Shown here one piece after another: positions 58,766-64,000 of a stretch of DNA of 64,000 nt. The notes under the pieces are model-generated. The model was not told the DNA's origin, searched no databases, and worked only from the letters and a program-made list of their open reading frames with translations. How positions within the stretch are numbered: position 1 is the first letter of the stretch; the number at the start of each line of letters is the position of its first letter. This DNA comes from Hormiphora californensis (lineage: Eukaryota; Animalia; Ctenophora), in contig CM035359.1 of assembly GCA_020137815.1 (NCBI GenBank), positions 3,596,001 through 3,660,000 on the forward strand. The letters are read 5' to 3'. The position numbers and the translations under genes are program-made.

Positions 58766-61700
58766 ACTTGGCTGTCTGAGTATTAGTTTTGTAGGTTCCT
58801 AAAGGGCTAACTGCTTCATAATAAGAGAATGCTAGGAGAGTAGGCTAGACACAAACTGGCAGGGGTATTATTAATTGCCTAGGAAAAGTTTTTTTAAATT
58901 TTTTTCGGTTTTTAGGGGCCAATACCGATAGGCGATCATTTTTTGCCTGAATTAAGTTGGAAAATTTACGTGGTTCAAGAAATTTAGTGGGTATGTAGAT
59001 AGATCTAGATTGCCTGGTCATAGCCTCTCTCATCGCGCCCGACAAGTCGGCGACGACGATTGAGATATAGAAATTTTCTAGTTTTGATTAATTAGAATTT
59101 GGAAAAGGTTGTGATCAGAACAACATCTAGACTATCTAAGTATATTGGAGAGTAAGTGGTTCAGAGGGAATCTGAACTTTGAGTAAGAAGTGTGGTAAAG
59201 AAGTTTTTCGGACAATAAGTTGTCTGAAGGTGGGTATTAGATTTTCGGGTAGTTTGGAGGATCGGGTTGGGTACGGTTCCTGGTGCGTGGGAATTGCATA
59301 CAACTGGATTTTAAATACTATCAATTATCGGCCCAATTGAATATAAACTTTGAAAAGGGGACCAAATTTTTGGATCTGAGTTGAGGTAGATCGAGATGAG
59401 TAGGGCGAAGGAACTTCAGGGGGTAAGATAACCTTTGTATTACGATTAGTATACGAAGCAGGTAAACTGGAGGAATAACCTCCATCAGCAAAATAGCATT
59501 TTAGCACGGGGGGAGTGCAATGCTAAGTAAGTAACAGTAATGGTCAGGATAGAAACTGGAAAATTCCAGGATATAAGGTGGAAATTTGAAGCGGCAGGGG
59601 AACTGAAATAGACAGCATCTATTACCTCTGTAGTCTAACTAAGTTATATTCTAAAATGTGCAAAACGTATCATTACTCTACCGACAATGCGAATGACTGT
59701 GGGGAGGGGAAATGACAGACTAATCTATAAAATTTTGGCGTATGAGAAACTTTGAAGAAGAAAACATCCTTTCTTCAGAGGCGGCAACGTACAGCGATTA
59801 TTTGTGGGGGTTAAGTATTGGAGGAATAAGTATGGGAGGAACAGACGTATCAAGGTATTTGCCTAAATACCCTGTATTTTACTGTTATTAGGGGGTGATA
59901 TCACATCTAGGTGTGGCATAAGGGTACTAAGGGGTCTAAGAACACATTTGAGCAAAGTATAAAGTCTGGGGGGAGTAGGGCTACAGAAATTTTTGGCACA
60001 CTCGCAGATAGAGAATTATGATAAACTGACACCAGGTAGTTTTGAGTGAAACTGCCCGTAGACACTTATCAGTGTTTGCACTCCATGCAATAAGTAAGTG
60101 TAACTATGCAGGGGGACTGTGTTCTCAATGGTAGGCTTAGAACATTGAGAATGTTTATGCAGTTAGGACGTAGGGGGACCGTCCACATATCAAGCACTTC
60201 TTGATACAATCCTGTACGTGACATGAACTTGTAGGGGGACAAGACAGGTTTTTATTTTAGGGATGACATTCTAGCAGCAACGCACACGTTTAATGAAATG
60301 TGTGGGAATTTGATTGTTTTAGATGAAATTTTGGCCAATAGTGAATGGGGGAGACACTCCATTCCCGAAATTACGATTTGTGCGACAAGCGAACAAATTT
60401 TCTTGGGGTATTTTGTTTTTCTCTTGTAAATAGCTGAGGTTAAGGAAAAGAGAACTGTTCCGTAAATTAGGAAACAGTTACAGCGAATTTTTCGTGGTTT
60501 GGGAGACTTATCCCAAACTTTTCTGCACCAGCAAAAGGGGAATGCAAGATATTTTGATGGCCAAACGGGCTATATAAAGTGCAGAAATTTGCTGAGGCGC
60601 TTTGTTCGCCCAAAGGCGATGAAATTGAGGGGAAATTTTAGGCCATTTATAGCGCTCAGCAATTATATCCTTAGCTCGGCGGAGAGAAATTTTTGTCGTT
60701 TAAACGGGAAACTAATTTTTGGCTCTTAAGTATTTCATCAAAATTCAGGCGGGAGCTGTAAGTTTTAGGGAGCTCTAAGTTTTAGGGGGCTATACGAATG
60801 GTATAGCCAGCAAAACCGCCTAGGGTATAAAAGTTGCTGCTAAAGAGTGTGAGGGATTGCGTAATCCCATAATCTGTCGAATAGGGGAATAGAAGTGAAT
60901 GAATGCACAGTCGAAAAATTTTGAGCATAGTTAAAATCAGAAGTGGAGTCAGGGGGAAAATAGAGCAAATTAGGAAGTCAAATAGCTATGGGGAAAAGCC
61001 AATAAAATATTGGAATACGTTTGATTGGCCGGTATTGAGCACTAAGTTCTGTGCCATAGAAAGGTTTGAGTAAGGGGGAGTAGAAAGTCAGTGTACAAAT
61101 CTGCGTTCCAGGGGGTCGAAAAATGAAATTGTGTTCAAAGTTGCCATAGCAATTTTCTTATGGGAATATAAAAGTACCTAGGTATTAGGTAACTTAAAAA
61201 CGGGGTATAGGAGCTAGAAAGGGGGAATAAAGTTGTGCTTCAAACTATACCGACTTGAAACCGTTACGGAAAATTTCGAAATATGTACACTGGGGGAAAT
61301 GTAGTTCGGAAATTGAGAACTTAACAGAGAACGTTCGCTCCAAAAAGAGAAAAGTGATTAGGCGCACACGTCGAGTAGGGGAAGGAGTGGGTTCTTATAC
61401 GCCTATAATTGTGAGACAAATCAAGGTTCGGGGGATAGTGAGACCAAATAGTATACGTTGACGCCCTATAACAAGTTGAGAAATGCAGTAGGGGAGGGGT
61501 TTCGCCAAAACTGTCGCACCACGCATTGTTGACAACTTACTTTACACGGGGAACTGAGGAGATCTTCAGACAGTCAGATTATTATGGACAGATATACATG
61601 GGAGGGGACAGACATACATGGGAGGGGACAGATATACACGAGAGGGGACAGATATACAGTACTTGAGAGGGGAGAGATATTTATGAGGGGGGGGAGAGAC

Positions 61701-64000
61701 AGACAACAAATGATTGTCACATTGTATTGGACGGGGTAACAGATGGGGTTCAGAATATATTTTGTGTGATCCTATAATTATTGTGTGAATTTTCATTGCC
61801 TCCATACCATACAACTCACCAGCTTGGGGGGAGATGCTGTTAGTCTAATCCTTTAAAATACCTGTTAAAAGCATGCGCATGCGACCGGAAAATTTTGTGG
61901 GCAGAATCGCGATTCCGTAACTCCAAAATATCGTCGATCGAGTCCATAAAACTTTTTCAAATTTGTTAGCCAAATTAATTAGTGAAATCATGGACACTAT
62001 TAAACTCTAGAAGGGGGTGTAGGATAATGGGGAGAGTAGGCCAACTGCCGTAAAAAGTTAAAGAGTTTGAGACTAGGGGGGAGAGTCAAGAGCTGCGAGA
62101 TTTGGTTAACAGGGTATTGACTACTTGGGAACGGGATGACCATCCATTGTGAGCAAATTGGGAGAATAATAAAGGGAGATTTAGGGTTCATCCTGAGGAG
62201 TTCAGCCGGGGAGGGAGGGCACCAAGTAGGCCATGATTGTTTGAGGGGGATTGGGCAAGCGCGGGGAAGGCCTTCCTGCAATTGCTCGGGGATGAGAGGG
62301 GATTGATTAGACAGGGCGGGGTAGGTAGCCCAGAGTTGTATGAGCAGCTCTCACAACAATTAAATGAATCGTTGTGTTTTAGAAAATGAGAGGGGGGAAA
62401 TTAGAAGATGAGAGGGGGAAATTAGAAAATGAGAGGGGGACATTAGAAACAGAGAGGAGGGGACATTAGGGTGTGAAAAAGTTGGAAATTTAATTTTTTG
62501 TAAAGCTTAGGGGACATAAATTTGTTTTAAGATAAGGGGGCCTCCAACTCAGCAAATAAAATTAAACGCCAGCGCGATGTCAGACAAGCAAATAAAAGGG
62601 GTAACAGGGGAAACTACACATCTAGAGAACAGAGCAGAGACAGAGCTATCTTGAGCTAAGGAGAGGAGAAATAAATTATTTGAGAGGAGGTTTTTTGAGA
62701 GGAGTATTTTGATAGAAGTGATGATTATGTGAAGACATGATTATATTTTTCCAGTGCTACGTTATAGAGGTAACCAGATAGGGGAACGGGGTCGCTGGTG
62801 GATCTGCCTCTCCCAGTCTTACAAGAAATTGGCACTGAACCTTATACCTTAGAAGACATGGCGGTGACGATCTTAAGCCGGTCGGTTGTTTTTGGCTTCG
62901 GGGAGTGGTAGCATCTTTGCAGCTTCATAAAGGGTGTTCATTCAGGGGGAATCTTACAGTGGAAAGTGTGAAGTTCAGAGAAGCCTCAGGGGTCACTAGC
63001 CGACCGTAGTTTTTTCTTATCCTAAATGTGTTAGGGTAATTATTGGGGATCAGGCTGAAAGGTCCAAAATGGTTTGACGGCATTGGCGAGTTTGGGATCA
63101 TCAGGAAGTTTGGGATTCTTCCGTAGAGACCTTCAATAACCTGAGATGGCATATTTCAGGAGACGTCGACGAAAGGCAGAAACAGGGGTCATTGGGGTTA
63201 CACTGTCGGAGGGTTCCATCATGTAGTAGTTCATCGTGTTTGCAGGCTTCAGCGCGAATTAGTTTCAACGGCTGGCGAGGTCATCGAGATGTCAAGGGGG
63301 ATAGACGGGGATCTGGAAGATGGAAGAAATTAATACATGAAGGAGCGCACGAGGTTGGTCTTCATATGAAGGGGTCTTGGCGGACAAATTGACAATGGAC
63401 GTTTTCCGGAGCTAATGAGGATAGGGGATTTTAATAGAGGAGCGAACAAAAAGGCGTGTCAGGAAGGGGAAGAGTCGTGTTACGACGTTCCAGTCAATTA
63501 AAGAGGCCAACGCCAAGTTTTACCGTGGAAAAACGACCTTATGGGGATTGGCATATTGATCATCTCCAGGTTTTTTCAGAGGCCGCCGAGACAATGTTTT
63601 TGTTTCACCAATGTCTCGAAGTGGGGTAATAAAGGGGTAGTAGATGCTGCGCTATCAATTAGGGATCTCTAGAGTCTCGGGGAACTAGGGAGGTACCGTG
63701 AAGGAGGTGTAAGGGGAGTACCATGATGGTATCGGAGAGAAAGGTGGTGGAGGGGTATCAGGGTCCTCGGATAGTGCTGTAATTCTCGAACAGCGTGTAA
63801 AGCTCCTCCTCTTTTTTCATCAAGGGGCTGGAAGATAGAGGTGTATGTAGTAGAGATGTCCTCAGCCGGTGCAGCGACGATAAGGGTGTCAGTAGAGGCA
63901 GACGATGCCACAACAGGAGTAAGGGGACAGGAAGTGTCCATTGATTCCAGAGAAGACGTTGGGGTTGGAGGGATTTCTGGAGACACAAGTATCGGGGAAC

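Larger units (their letters stand above)
54519..64000 (-). mobile_element. 3' portion of a large putative LTR retroelement (3' LTR 54519-55277) with long decayed internal cargo
   Basis: On -, purine-rich gaaatgggtcggttaaaagg is followed by TGTAAC..AACTACA with an internal AATAAA. It shares a 19-bp motif (55638-55656) with the Gypsy 3' UTR. A Pro/Thr-rich ORF remnant lies at the window edge. No RT or integrase motif is in the window. Confidence 0.55.

Overview
Repeat-rich eukaryotic genomic DNA, probably from a ctenophore. This is an inference from the LRR-less LDLa-GPCRs, a gene nested in an intron, short exons and the MITE types. It is an imperfectly polished assembly with one N-gap (45860-45959) and indel-noisy stretches. 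Contents: (1) A multi-exon immunoglobulin-repeat gene on the - strand (~1000-18150). Its 7.8-kb intron holds (2) an intronless antisense LDLa/7TM GPCR (9963-14419) with a long acidic Ser/Thr-Pro repeat tail interrupted by a 9-bp-TSD element. (3) A T-depleted LINE-like relic. (4) A decayed, intron-containing DUF6589-type (probably Academ/AcademH) transposase gene whose introns share a motif. (5) A Penelope-type hammerhead remnant. (6) A second LDLa-GPCR that appears split across both strands. Its 5' exons (F-type-lectin-like domain, an Ig domain interrupted by four kringles, a Cys-rich module, LDLa) run on - from 54507 to 46399. A phase-compatible, collinear 3' part with the 7TM lies on + at 35237-37629. 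(7) Two LTR retroelements sharing a covarying self-complementary RNA motif; one carries more than 8 kb of unexplained 3' cargo. (8) Many MITEs, foldbacks and minisatellites, several built from splice-site sequence. All exon models were read by hand, and no database searches were run.
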